Positions 1 to 9,085 of a stretch of DNA of 36,228 bases are shown one piece after another (position 1 is the first letter of the stretch; every line of letters begins with the position of its first letter). The position numbers and the translations under genes were made by a program. The notes below the pieces were generated by a model that saw only the letters and a program-made list of their open reading frames with translations, ran no database searches and was not told the DNA's origin. The DNA is from a virus. The DNA is taken from the UHGV virus genome UHGV-0248752; one strand, 5' to 3'.

Positions 1-105
1 GCACGATGCTGGCTCCGCTGTCAAACTTACGCCAGTCCACGGTTGCTCCGCTTTCTTTAGCAAAGGTGTTGTCGGCCTGAGCCACTTTCGCCGGTTCGGC
101 TGAGG

Positions 106-295
106 TTTGATACGCCACGTGTAACCAGGTGAATCATTTGATACCGACAAGGGTTTTAGTGAAAGGAGGTGAAATCACCTGTAAGATGCTGAAATAAAAC
201 AGGTGATGTATACTTCGGACGGAAAACTCTTTTTGATACCGACTGCTCAACAAATAGTCAAAAGATCAAAAAACGGCGACACATTTGATACTGCT
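106..295. repeat. Cluster of four direct repeats TTTGATAC(C/G)(G/C)AC, candidate transposase-binding sites of the left end
   Basis: Copies at 106-118 (tttgatacgccac), 137-148 (tttgataccgac), 232-243 (tttgataccgac) and 284-295 (tttgatactgct), all same orientation. The first copy lies just inside a TG dinucleotide at 101-102. A 12-bp palindrome ggtgaaatcacc sits at 169-180. Confidence 0.45.
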
Positions 296-475
296 AATTT
301 ACCCTTAAAATCTTCTTCAAAACATCTTCAAACTGCCAAAATGCTCACATAATCGATCTAACTATAATCAGTATGATAATCATCATGAATTACTATTCAA
401 TAGCGTGATTATCTTGGGATGAGTCATATGATCTCTATATGTATTTACAGCACCACCTCATGATAGCGATGGCGC

Positions 476-1087
476 TTAACCAACAACATTTTTCTTTACT
501 GTCACTGCCCCTGATTCCTGGGTGGCGTTATTGCTCGAGTTGTACTTCTCAATAACGCGCAAAATCTCTTTGTCTGTTTCTTCACTTCCCGCCATTCCTA
601 TCTTTATTGCATTTTTTAGTACGGGACGTAATGGCAAGGCATCAATGATGCTTTCTACCGCATCCTGGCTGATTGTAGATGTATTCATTGCTGCCAGCCT
701 GACAAGGTTGTTAGTACCTTCTCGCCTGATGAATGTAAGGATTAATTGCTTCTCTTGGGGGCTTAGAGAGCTAAGCGCCTGATCAATACCCGAACCTGAA
801 TCGCAATTTTTTCCGATTTTTCCGCATTCATCTTCGTTCTTGCCTGTGGCCAACCAGTCGAGTGAACAATTACAGGCTTTAGCTATTAAGGCCAGTTTAT
901 CCAAAGGAGGGAAGTTTTTCCCCTTCCTGTAATTTCTTACTGTGGCTTCAGATAGTCCACAAAGGGTCGCCAGTTCGACGTTTGTCATGTTTCCCATAGC
1001 CATAGCTAAGCGTTCTGAAAATCGGTTTATTCCTTCCATATCAATAAACCGTTCCGCACTGGATACGGTTTTTTCTGCCTTATCCAT
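476..1087 (-). CDS. Prophage repressor (c-like) with N-terminal XRE-type helix-turn-helix
   Basis: 203-aa ORF transcribed divergently from ner/A/B at the left end. N-terminal segment TNVELATLCGLSEATVRNYRKGK fits an HTH_XRE motif. Position matches the Mu c repressor. Confidence 0.75.
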   Translation of the reverse strand: MDKAEKTVSSAERFIDMEGINRFSERLAMAMGNMTNVELATLCGLSEATVRNYRKGKNFPPLDKLALIAKACNCSLDWLATGKNEDECGKIGKNCDSGSGIDQALSSLSPQEKQLILTFIRREGTNNLVRLAAMNTSTISQDAVESIIDALPLRPVLKNAIKIGMAGSEETDKEILRVIEKYNSSNNATQESGAVTVKKNVVG

Positions 1088-1243
1088 ATAACCCCCTATA
1101 AAACAAAGAAATTATCGACATCGCATTTAATTTCGATATGCTCGCAAAAAACCGTTGATATCGAATTATTTTGCGATTATGATTTACCTAAATCGATAAC
1201 CGGTTTTGATTATCGGTTCAGGTAAACATGAGAGGATCACACA
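1088..1243. promoter_or_regulatory. Divergent early-promoter and operator region between repressor and ner
   Basis: 156-bp AT-rich gap with at least five copies of a TCGATA/TATCGA core, including a GATATC palindrome and CGATAA-N11-TTATCG. RBS gagagga lies just upstream of the ner ATG at 1244. Confidence 0.45.
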
Positions 1244-1510
1244 ATGAGGGTATCCAGACAAGCATCGAATAATTTGTTTGTTCGAGAGGGGTGTGACTGG
1301 TCTGCTAAAGCGGTATATGCAGCCCTTGAAAACAAAGGCACAGACCTCCCTGAACTGGAAAGGGAGTTAGGATTAAAAAGCGGATCAATGCGCAATGTGT
1401 TTTACCGCCAGTGCCGTAAATACGAAGCCGCCATCGCCGAAAAAATAGGGGTTGAACCTGCTGTAATCTGGCCCAGCAGATACCAGGTGGACGCCAGAGA
1501 AGTGGCTTGA
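1244..1510 (+). CDS. ner: Ner-like DNA-binding regulator (Ner/Nlp family)
   Basis: 88-aa product. C-terminal EPAVIWPSRYQ matches the conserved Ner motif PEVIWPSRYQ as I recall it. Sits immediately upstream of the transposase, as in Mu. Confidence 0.8.
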   Translation: MRVSRQASNNLFVREGCDWSAKAVYAALENKGTDLPELERELGLKSGSMRNVFYRQCRKYEAAIAEKIGVEPAVIWPSRYQVDAREVA

Positions 1511-1520
1511 TGGGGGATGT

Positions 1521-3611
1521 ATGTGGGTAACAGCAAAAGAATGTGTTGGTCTTCCTGATTTACCAATGATGGAACATAACATTCGCCATCGACTCACAAA
1601 AGCAGCTGCGGGAAATGCAGCCATGTTACGCAAACGTAAGGGGACAAAAGCAATCGAATTTAATATCGATTGTTTGCCTTCTGGCGCGCAACAAGTATTG
1701 CGTGAACGTTATGCCCTTCAACTGATGACGCAAAAAGCTGATGAATCACCGGCTCCGGTGGTGACAAAGGCCAGACGCTCATCTGCCGTGGTTGATGCGG
1801 TGGAGGCATATCGCGGATCACCACAACTGATGCTCGAACGCCTCAATGCCCTGACTGAAAACCAGCGCCAGGTGGCTGATGCACGAATCGCGATCGTCAG
1901 CGAAGTTCTGAAAGTCGCGCAACAACCTGGTTTCAGCTGTGCGAAGGCTATCCGGTTTATCGTTGACAACCTGGCACGTTCGCAACTGGACGAGCGCATT
2001 GTGGCAATGGTTGAGACGGCGAACGCCAAAAAGGGAAACAGCCGTGCGTTGAGTGAAATCACGCTGAAACGCTGGATTGCGGCCTTTAACAAGGCACAGA
2101 ACGCCGCTGAACGCCTGCTTTTACTGGCACCGGGTAAACGCCAGGAAATAAAAGCCGAAGATATTAACTGGCTGCCCGAATTTCTGGCGCAGTATCGCCA
2201 GTCAAACGGCCGACCAATGACCGAGGCTTACGAGGATTTTGTTGCTGAATGGCAGCACCGGCACGCTGATGAGCCTTATATGCTCGATATCATGCCCTCT
2301 TATGACACCATTCGCCGCGCAATGAAGAAACTGCCGGAAGTGGTGAAACAAAAAGGCCGGGTAACTGGCAGTGAATACCGTCAGCTTGAGGGATTCACGC
2401 GCCGCGACTGGTCCAGAATGCCGGTGAATTATGTCTGGATTGGTGACGGTCACGGCATGAAGCTGAAATGCGCGCACCCGGTTCACGGGCGGCCATTCGC
2501 ACCGGAAGTGACCTTTGTTATCGACGGTGGCACGCGCTTTGTGGTGGGCTGGAGCCTTGACCTGGCTGAAAATGTTTTCGCCGTAGCCGGTGCCATACAG
2601 CACGGTATTCGCCATCATGGCAAACCGTTTCTGTATTACTCGGATAATGGCTCCGGGGAAACCGCCGACGTCCTGGATAAGGAGATTGTGGGGATACTGC
2701 CACGACTGGGGATTAATCACCCGACAGGGATTGCCGGTAATCCGCAGGGACGGGGCATTATCGAACGGCTTAACCGCACATTACCGATGCGCATAGCCCG
2801 TAAATACCGCACCTATTTCGGGAAAGGAGCAGATCGCGAGACGTTACGTAAAACCAACCGCGATTTACGCTCGGCATTCAGTGCCCTGCAACAGGGCAAA
2901 CGGCTGAACGCCCGGCAGCAGTCAGCGATGCGTGATTTACCGTCCTGGTCTGAACTGATTGATGCCATTCGTGACGGTGTTGAGTGGTACAACAACCGGC
3001 CGCACGATGAATTACCCATGAAGCCGAACGGTAAACATTACAGCCCGGCGGAGTTCAGAAAAAAACGCCTGGCGGAAGAGGACACGGAAATTGAATGGCT
3101 GTCCGATGTTGAACTGCGGGATATGTTCCGGCCGATGGTGGAGCGCCCTGTAAGACGCTGTGAAATACGCTGGCTGAATAATATTTACTACGCGCCCGAG
3201 CTGCGTGACGAGCATGGCCGTAAGGTACTTATCAGCTATGACATTCATGATGCCGAACGAATTACCGTGCGCCGCCCGGATGGCAGCGTGATTTGCGAGG
3301 CGGTATGGGACGGCAATAAACGCGAAGCCTTCCCTGTCAGCGCGGAATACTACAAACAGCAGCAGCGCCTTAAAGGCATGCGTAAACGCGCAGAGGAAAA
3401 AATCCGTGATGCCGAGGATGAGGTTGTCAACGTGCTGGAGCACAAGCCGCAGGAGCCCTGGCTGGAAAACATATACCGCCCTGTGGGTAATACGGTGACC
3501 GTTCAGCAACCGGTCGCTGACGATGAACCTGATGAAGAATACGAGCGTAATTTCCAGCGGGGATTGCAACTGCTCGAAGCGAAATTAAAAGAAAGTGAGC
3601 CGCTGGCCTGA
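1521..3611 (+). CDS. A: MuA-like DDE transposase
   Basis: 696 aa. N-terminus WVTAKECVGLPDLP resembles MuA WVSPKECANLPGLP. Candidate DDE residues lie in WIGDGH, YSDNGS and IERLNRT. Position after ner. Confidence 0.93.
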   Translation: MWVTAKECVGLPDLPMMEHNIRHRLTKAAAGNAAMLRKRKGTKAIEFNIDCLPSGAQQVLRERYALQLMTQKADESPAPVVTKARRSSAVVDAVEAYRGSPQLMLERLNALTENQRQVADARIAIVSEVLKVAQQPGFSCAKAIRFIVDNLARSQLDERIVAMVETANAKKGNSRALSEITLKRWIAAFNKAQNAAERLLLLAPGKRQEIKAEDINWLPEFLAQYRQSNGRPMTEAYEDFVAEWQHRHADEPYMLDIMPSYDTIRRAMKKLPEVVKQKGRVTGSEYRQLEGFTRRDWSRMPVNYVWIGDGHGMKLKCAHPVHGRPFAPEVTFVIDGGTRFVVGWSLDLAENVFAVAGAIQHGIRHHGKPFLYYSDNGSGETADVLDKEIVGILPRLGINHPTGIAGNPQGRGIIERLNRTLPMRIARKYRTYFGKGADRETLRKTNRDLRSAFSALQQGKRLNARQQSAMRDLPSWSELIDAIRDGVEWYNNRPHDELPMKPNGKHYSPAEFRKKRLAEEDTEIEWLSDVELRDMFRPMVERPVRRCEIRWLNNIYYAPELRDEHGRKVLISYDIHDAERITVRRPDGSVICEAVWDGNKREAFPVSAEYYKQQQRLKGMRKRAEEKIRDAEDEVVNVLEHKPQEPWLENIYRPVGNTVTVQQPVADDEPDEEYERNFQRGLQLLEAKLKESEPLA

Positions 3612-3684
3612 AATAAAAAAATAACCCGAGGGGTGACTCAGGTTATTTGAGGTTTCAGTCTCGGAGAATGCTGTCTCAAGCGAG

Positions 3685-4626
3685 GTGAATAATATGACCG
3701 ATATTAACGATGTAATCAAGACCATTGATGAACTTATTGATGGCGGCGTACTGACGCAGTATGCCATCGCCAGAGAGGCGGGAATTTCCGACGGCACATT
3801 ATCGGCTTTCCGTAAGGGAAAATATAAAGGCGATAACGCTGCTGTGGCTGCTTCCCTGCGCTCCTGGTATGAGAACTGGAATAAACAAAGCGCACTGCCG
3901 GAACCGCCGCAGTTTGTGGAAACTCAGACAGTCCAGGAGCTGCGCGCACTGTTTCAGGCGGTTCGCCTGATGGGCTGTATTAACGTTATTGTGGGCGTAC
4001 CGGGTGTGGGTAAAACGGCCACTGCCCGTAATTACTGCCAGGAGCAACCAAACACCTGGATGATCACCCTGTCACCCGCGCACTCCAGCGTCACGGAGTG
4101 TCTGCTGGAGCTGGCCGATGCGCTGGGGATTGATTACACCCGCGCGAACAAAGGGGCATTATCCCGCGCCATCCGCCGTCGCCTGACGGGAACGCGTGGA
4201 CTGGTGATTGTGGATGAGGCGGATCATCTTGGTATTGACGGTCTGGAGCAACTCCGGGCAATTCAGGACGCCACGGGGATCGGGATGGTGCTTATTGGTA
4301 ACCCGCGCGGATTGTTTAAAGGTGGACGCCGCGCCTTTGATGATTTATCGCGCCTGTTCAGCCGTCTTGCCCGTACAAAACAACTTCGCAAGGCCAAAAA
4401 GGCGGATGTGCTGGCCATTGCCAGGGCATGGGGTATCAGTGGTGAGGCCGAGCTGGCCGTCATGCAGGCTATCGCTGAAAAGCCGGGAGCATTACGTGTT
4501 CTGACACATACGCTTAACCAGGCGTGGCTCACCGCCAGCGGTGAAGGCGCGGCGCTGACAGAAAAACATATTAATGCGGCCTTTAAAGAGGTTTATACCA
4601 ACCCTGAATTACTCTCACAGGTGTGA
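3685..4626 (+). CDS. B: MuB-like transposition ATPase / target DNA activator
   Basis: 313 aa. Walker A GVPGVGKT and Walker B VIVDEADHL. Extended similarity to my recollection of MuB (DKYNGDN / LPEPPRFVETQTV / KPGALR). Position after A. Confidence 0.93.
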   Translation: MNNMTDINDVIKTIDELIDGGVLTQYAIAREAGISDGTLSAFRKGKYKGDNAAVAASLRSWYENWNKQSALPEPPQFVETQTVQELRALFQAVRLMGCINVIVGVPGVGKTATARNYCQEQPNTWMITLSPAHSSVTECLLELADALGIDYTRANKGALSRAIRRRLTGTRGLVIVDEADHLGIDGLEQLRAIQDATGIGMVLIGNPRGLFKGGRRAFDDLSRLFSRLARTKQLRKAKKADVLAIARAWGISGEAELAVMQAIAEKPGALRVLTHTLNQAWLTASGEGAALTEKHINAAFKEVYTNPELLSQV

Positions 4627-4850
4627 TTATGGCGGTATTTAATATTCCTGATATTTACGGACGCTTTTACCTGGTTAATTTCGATAACGTGAAGGTGATT
4701 TCACTGGCCGAAAATAAAGCATGTGGCGATTTACTTTTTGAATTTAATGACCGCACACGAATGGTGATATCTGCCGGACTTGATCGCGAAGGTGCGACAG
4801 AAGTTTACAGCGGAATATGCCGTTCTGTTGGTGCGAAACAAGTCAGCTAA
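4623..4850 (+). CDS. Hypothetical early protein in the kil position
   Basis: 75-aa ORF immediately after B, as kil is in Mu. No recognisable motif. Start may be the ATG at 4629 rather than the GTG at 4623. Confidence 0.5.
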   Translation: MIMAVFNIPDIYGRFYLVNFDNVKVISLAENKACGDLLFEFNDRTRMVISAGLDREGATEVYSGICRSVGAKQVS

Positions 4851-5117
4851 ATGAGGTGTTATATGAATATGCAATCCTGCGGTAACAAAATGAATTTATT
4901 CGACTCCCTGAACAGCGCGCGCCGTCTGACCGAACTTGCCGGTGCGGTACTGGAACGCAGTAAGCGCTATCCGCAACGTTTTGCACTGAAAACCACGCCG
5001 CCGGTAGGCAACGTGCAGGGAACCGGTGAAATTGAAATCACCATACAGACCAACGGCCTGCGCCGCCGTGTGAAGGCCACCCGCATCAGCGGCTGCACGG
5101 TTTACTGGGAGGTGTGA
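4851..5117 (+). CDS. Hypothetical early protein
   Basis: 88-aa ORF, co-oriented and tightly packed in the early operon. No recognisable motif. Confidence 0.5.
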   Translation: MRCYMNMQSCGNKMNLFDSLNSARRLTELAGAVLERSKRYPQRFALKTTPPVGNVQGTGEIEITIQTNGLRRRVKATRISGCTVYWEV

Positions 5118-5118
5118 G

Positions 5119-5400
5119 GTGAAAAAAAATCTCATTGCATGGGCGTGGTCGAGTGGTCTTATTGAGTTTGGTTACGTCCTGCCGGAAGGTGCATTGCCGA
5201 TAGTTGCCGGAAAGCCCGCCACGGTACGGCATGTGATTGATGTTGTGGCGCGTCATGGACGCGATGAACAGGAACAGCTACTGGTTCCTGGAATACCGGA
5301 AGCGGTGACGGAAGAAGAAGCCTTTAATGCCATGGTTCAGTTCTGCCGTGAGGTCAGACGCCGGGTCAGTTATCCAAACAGAACGAGGGCCAGAGGATGA
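5119..5400 (+). CDS. Hypothetical early protein
   Basis: 93-aa ORF starting 1 bp after the previous stop, with start/stop overlap to the next gene. Confidence 0.5.
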   Translation: MKKNLIAWAWSSGLIEFGYVLPEGALPIVAGKPATVRHVIDVVARHGRDEQEQLLVPGIPEAVTEEEAFNAMVQFCREVRRRVSYPNRTRARG

Positions 5401-5669
5401 GTAAAGTCGTGCGCATTATTTTCGAATACAAGGAGGACGTTATCCGTAAAAACGCTGATGGAACAGTGCACATGGGGGTAAGTCTGGATATACGTTCAAC
5501 CGGAATAAAGCAGAAAAATGATAGCCCCGCCATGATTTTTGGGGTGGTTATGCTGGCAGAAAGCAGAAACTTCGCAGAGCTTGTGGCAATGAAAGCCAGT
5601 GCATTCATGAAAGACAGGGGCATGGCTTCCGGGGTTATTAACGGTAATGAATTTAATCAGCAGGGGTAA
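5397..5669 (+). CDS. Hypothetical early protein, paralogue 1 (MSKVVRIIFEY...)
   Basis: 90-aa ORF whose N-terminus MSKVVRIIFEYKED resembles that of the next ORF (MSKVRVIFEFEH). Looks like a tandem duplicate. Confidence 0.55.
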   Translation: MSKVVRIIFEYKEDVIRKNADGTVHMGVSLDIRSTGIKQKNDSPAMIFGVVMLAESRNFAELVAMKASAFMKDRGMASGVINGNEFNQQG

Positions 5670-5673
5670 TTCC

Positions 5674-5967
5674 ATGAGCAAAGTACGCGTTATTTTTGAA
5701 TTTGAGCATGTTTCGCATGACGAAAAACCGGCAGGCAATGACAGTGTTGAAGTGCATGAAAAGATTGGTGTGGATGTAAAAACAGAACGTGATACGGATA
5801 ACAGGCCGACGTCACTCTGTGACGTTTATGCAAGTATTCTCCAGTATCACAGTCCTGAAATTATTCAGTTTCTCTCAGCGGAATTTCAGGCATCTGTACA
5901 GGCTTTTGGGGCGGATGCCATCATTAAACGCCACCGCGTGCATAAAGCATCAGGCACACTGCAATAA
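5674..5967 (+). CDS. Hypothetical early protein, paralogue 2 (MSKVRVIFEFEH...)
   Basis: ATG at 5674 with RBS-like aggggtaa upstream. 97 aa. N-terminal similarity to the preceding ORF. Confidence 0.55.
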   Translation: MSKVRVIFEFEHVSHDEKPAGNDSVEVHEKIGVDVKTERDTDNRPTSLCDVYASILQYHSPEIIQFLSAEFQASVQAFGADAIIKRHRVHKASGTLQ

Positions 5968-5978
5968 GGAAAAACAAA

Positions 5979-6509
5979 ATGGCTAAACGCGTTACAAAAT
6001 TAAAGGCCGCAGCCGAGGCAGCACCGCAGACCCGTGAAGAGGTCAGCCGCGATATCCGACGCTTTGGGGATATGCAGCGTGAGGCACTACGCCTGGAAAC
6101 GGCGATGAATGACGAAGTGGCAGAAATCACCGCCCGTTATACGCCGCAGATTGAAAACCTTAAAAAAGAAATCAAAGTGCTTTTTAAGGGGATTCATGAC
6201 TGGTGTAAAACCAACCGCAATGAGCTGACGAACGGCGGCGAAACCAAAACAGCCAATCTGACCACCGGAACGGTGTCATGGCGGCTGGGAACGCCATCAT
6301 GCAGCGTCAGCCGTGATGTGGAAGGCGTGATTGAAATGCTGCGCCGTATGGGCCTTGAGCGCTTCATCCGCACGAAAGAGGAAGTGAATAAGCAAGCTGT
6401 CCTGGCGGAGCCAGATGCGGTGAAGGGCATTGCCGGTATAAAGGTGAATAAAGGCGCTGAAAGTTTTTATGTCGAGCCTTTTGAACAGGACGCCGGACTG
6501 AATAAATAA
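5979..6509 (+). CDS. gam: Gam, host-nuclease inhibitor (Ku-like DNA-end binding protein)
   Basis: 176 aa. Long collinear match to my recollection of Mu Gam: DIRRFGDMQREALRLETAMNDEVAEIT, ELTNGGETKTANLTTGTVSWR, LERFIRTKEEVNKQAVLAEP, FYVEPFEQDAG. Confidence 0.92.
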   Translation: MAKRVTKLKAAAEAAPQTREEVSRDIRRFGDMQREALRLETAMNDEVAEITARYTPQIENLKKEIKVLFKGIHDWCKTNRNELTNGGETKTANLTTGTVSWRLGTPSCSVSRDVEGVIEMLRRMGLERFIRTKEEVNKQAVLAEPDAVKGIAGIKVNKGAESFYVEPFEQDAGLNK

Positions 6510-6606
6510 CACCGCATTAAATCTTTAAATATCACATCGTGTTAATTATGGCGCTCGCGTCAGGGGACTGCCTGCGCCTGTAAACTGAAAATAAGGAACA
6601 GGAAAT

Positions 6607-7149
6607 ATGGCATATTTTTATTTCAAATTAGACATAGTGTACACAAATAAATATTTAACCGAATATCAGCGGGATGTTTTACCGCTACGCAACAGTATTC
6701 TTCGGGCATTACTGAAAAATACAGGCGCTGCCGGATTGCGCTTAAAGCCGTTCGCCATGGACGTAATCAGTGAGTTTTATTTTTCTGGTTCTCTGCCTGC
6801 GGGCTGGCGTAAGCGCGATGATGTGGCTTTTATCGGGGACGGACCGTGCTTTATTGCCAGACCTGATGAGTCATGCCCTGAAGGTCCGGCGATTGCCGCA
6901 ATGATTGAAACCGCTGAACGTGAGTTAAGAAAGCGTCCTGATTTCCTTGTCTGGCTCTGTGAAAAGCTGGGGGTAATGAGAATCCCCTCCATGTTTAACA
7001 CGGACTCCTGGTGGACCCCGTCGCTCTCCCGTGATGCCCTGTGCGTGGTGTTTAAAGTAGGCGCTTATGGCAGGGAAATAAAAGGGGGTATTCCTGAAGA
7101 ATGCCAGGAAATTAAACATTCTGAATATGTGGCGCTGACGGAGGAATAA
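6607..7149 (+). CDS. Hypothetical early protein
   Basis: 180-aa ORF in the semi-essential early region. AT-rich 5' end, so the true start may be downstream. No recognisable motif. Confidence 0.45.
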   Translation: MAYFYFKLDIVYTNKYLTEYQRDVLPLRNSILRALLKNTGAAGLRLKPFAMDVISEFYFSGSLPAGWRKRDDVAFIGDGPCFIARPDESCPEGPAIAAMIETAERELRKRPDFLVWLCEKLGVMRIPSMFNTDSWWTPSLSRDALCVVFKVGAYGREIKGGIPEECQEIKHSEYVALTEE

Positions 7150-7152
7150 TTC

Positions 7153-7686
7153 ATGATTGATGCAAAAGTGCTTGAAGGGGTTAAAAGCTGGCTGCGTTTT
7201 TCTGGCCGTCTGACCAGTCGTTCTCTGGCAGAAAAAATGAATATGCCGCTATCCTCCATGGTTTATTTTCTGCGTGATGCGGTCGATGCCGGGGTGCTGA
7301 CGGACCGTAACGGTTTTTATGATATTCCGCGTCCCCGCCCGGTGCAGGCGGTTCGTCGCAAATGCAGCCAGGAAGGTGCGGCTGATGATGTTCAGTGGTG
7401 CAGCTTCAGAAAATCCCTGCCGTGGATTGAGGGGCATGATATTCCGTCGATGGCGTGGGAATTTGCTCAGGGAGTACTGACCTGCGAAACCGTTTATGTG
7501 GTGGCTGAAGTTGATGAGCAGGCCATGAAAGAAGGCGTGCCCCAGTTTGTGATGGCGTATATCGACATTCGCCTGGGCGTCATTATCTGCGGCTTAAGCG
7601 GCTGGAACATCACCGGGCGCGTTCTGCGTTACCTGATTATTGACCGGACAGCGGCATCGGCAGGGATATCTGCGGAGGTGGCGTAA
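7153..7686 (+). CDS. Hypothetical early protein, possible winged-helix N-terminus
   Basis: 177 aa, starting 4 bp after the previous stop. The N-terminal 45 aa have a winged-helix-like pattern. Function unknown. Confidence 0.5.
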   Translation: MIDAKVLEGVKSWLRFSGRLTSRSLAEKMNMPLSSMVYFLRDAVDAGVLTDRNGFYDIPRPRPVQAVRRKCSQEGAADDVQWCSFRKSLPWIEGHDIPSMAWEFAQGVLTCETVYVVAEVDEQAMKEGVPQFVMAYIDIRLGVIICGLSGWNITGRVLRYLIIDRTAASAGISAEVA

Positions 7687-8201
7687 TGTTCTTTAAAACA
7701 TCAAACCCTTCCGCGCTGGCTGCGTGGCAAAAATACCAGCAGGACTGCCAGAAAGTTAAGGATGAGGCAAAACGCCTTGAGGCCGTGCTGAATGTTGCGT
7801 GCCGGTCGGTATTTGTATCCGGTATCAGTGGATTTTGCTTTAAGGGACTGCGTTTTACGGAGGACAAATATCCTTTTCATCGCGACTTATGGCGAAAACC
7901 GACTGCGTCGAATGGCTGGAGCTGCACACCGCGCACATCACGTATCCCTAAAACCCTGCGTGTTGCCTCTGATGAACTGAACAGTCTGTGGCGTGAATAT
8001 TCGCCCGTCACGTATGCCAGAACCGATGCGCTGTTGTTCTGGCTGGGTATTGATTTCTCGGCAATCCTGTTTGGCCCTGTGAAGTGGTTCTGCGTTGACG
8101 ATGTGATTTACCTTCAGTGCGGCGTAAAACCCGCAAAACAGAAAATGACCGAAATACTGTCTGATGAGTTTTATGCTGCTGAAAAGCGAGTCAGGGGGTG
8201 A
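7686..8201 (+). CDS. Hypothetical early protein
   Basis: 171-aa ORF with start overlapping the previous stop. No recognisable motif. Confidence 0.5.
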   Translation: MFFKTSNPSALAAWQKYQQDCQKVKDEAKRLEAVLNVACRSVFVSGISGFCFKGLRFTEDKYPFHRDLWRKPTASNGWSCTPRTSRIPKTLRVASDELNSLWREYSPVTYARTDALLFWLGIDFSAILFGPVKWFCVDDVIYLQCGVKPAKQKMTEILSDEFYAAEKRVRG

Positions 8202-8204
8202 TGC

Positions 8205-8756
8205 ATGATGAAATTACAACCCATGGGACTAAAAGGTCGCGCCCCCGCTCATGTCCGTCCGTGGACACCTGAAGAAGATGCGCTGCTGATTGCGCTTTAT
8301 TCATCCACCCCGGTTAAGGATATTGCTGCCAGAATAAAAAGAACTGTCTGGGCTGTATATAACCGGACTGGTGTATTGCGCAGTTCATACCCGGAGTTAC
8401 TGAAATATAAACACCCAAGATTTACACCTGATGAAGATAAGTTTATTCGAAAAAATGCCAGAACAATGACCTGCCAGCAAATGGGAGAATATCTCGGACG
8501 TAATAAAGATTCTGTCAGATGTCGGGCAGGAATGATTGGTGCTGGATTAACAAAGTGCGGAGAGTTACGCCCCGGCACGCGCATATCTGATGATGATGTA
8601 CGTCTTATACGTGCGCTGCGTGATTCCGATTACCCACGCCGTCTGTCATTCCGGGAAATTGGCGAAAAGTTTGGAATATCTGAACATTCTGCTCACGCAG
8701 TTTATTACCGTCGCCGGACTGCCGAGGACGCTGTATTACGGGAGTTAACGCCATGA
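8205..8756 (+). CDS. Hypothetical protein with three W/F-TP-EED helix-turn-helix-like repeats, putative DNA binding
   Basis: 183 aa containing WTPEEDALLIALY, FTPDEDKFIRKNA and ISDDDVRLIRAL spaced about 50 aa apart, reminiscent of Myb/SANT-type repeats. Function not established. Confidence 0.5.
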   Translation: MMKLQPMGLKGRAPAHVRPWTPEEDALLIALYSSTPVKDIAARIKRTVWAVYNRTGVLRSSYPELLKYKHPRFTPDEDKFIRKNARTMTCQQMGEYLGRNKDSVRCRAGMIGAGLTKCGELRPGTRISDDDVRLIRALRDSDYPRRLSFREIGEKFGISEHSAHAVYYRRRTAEDAVLRELTP

Positions 8757-9085
8757 TAACGACCTTATTTGTTGAATCAGATGAACCTCTTGTGTGTGCC
8801 GCCGGAATGCCGCTCTGTGGCGGAACGCTGACCGGCGTTTATTTCGGGGATTTGCGCGGTTATCCCTGGCATTCACTGGATGACGCATTTCCGCCTGATA
8901 TGGAGGCTGTCGTGCTGATTGTTCAGTATGGTGACCAACAGGAACTGCGCATCGGCCATATGGGGTATGAAGGCTTTTTTATTGATGAAGAAACCGGAGC
9001 CTGCCTTGAAGATGAGGACGGACAGGTGACGCACTGGTGCCATCTTTCGGCCTTGCCGGAATTACAGGGGATACATAATGGATGA
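8753..9085 (+). CDS. Hypothetical early protein
   Basis: 110-aa acidic ORF whose start overlaps the previous stop (translational coupling). Confidence 0.5.
   Translation: MITTLFVESDEPLVCAAGMPLCGGTLTGVYFGDLRGYPWHSLDDAFPPDMEAVVLIVQYGDQQELRIGHMGYEGFFIDEETGACLEDEDGQVTHWCHLSALPELQGIHNG

Noticed and set aside
3012-3569. 185-aa minus-strand ORF inside the transposase gene
   Set aside because: Falls entirely within the well-supported MuA-like CDS with no independent support.
3612-3684. Possible hairpin (aataacc...ggttatt) between the A and B genes as an internal terminator
   Set aside because: The stem is only about 7 bp with a 14-nt loop and no clear U-tract. Too weak to call.
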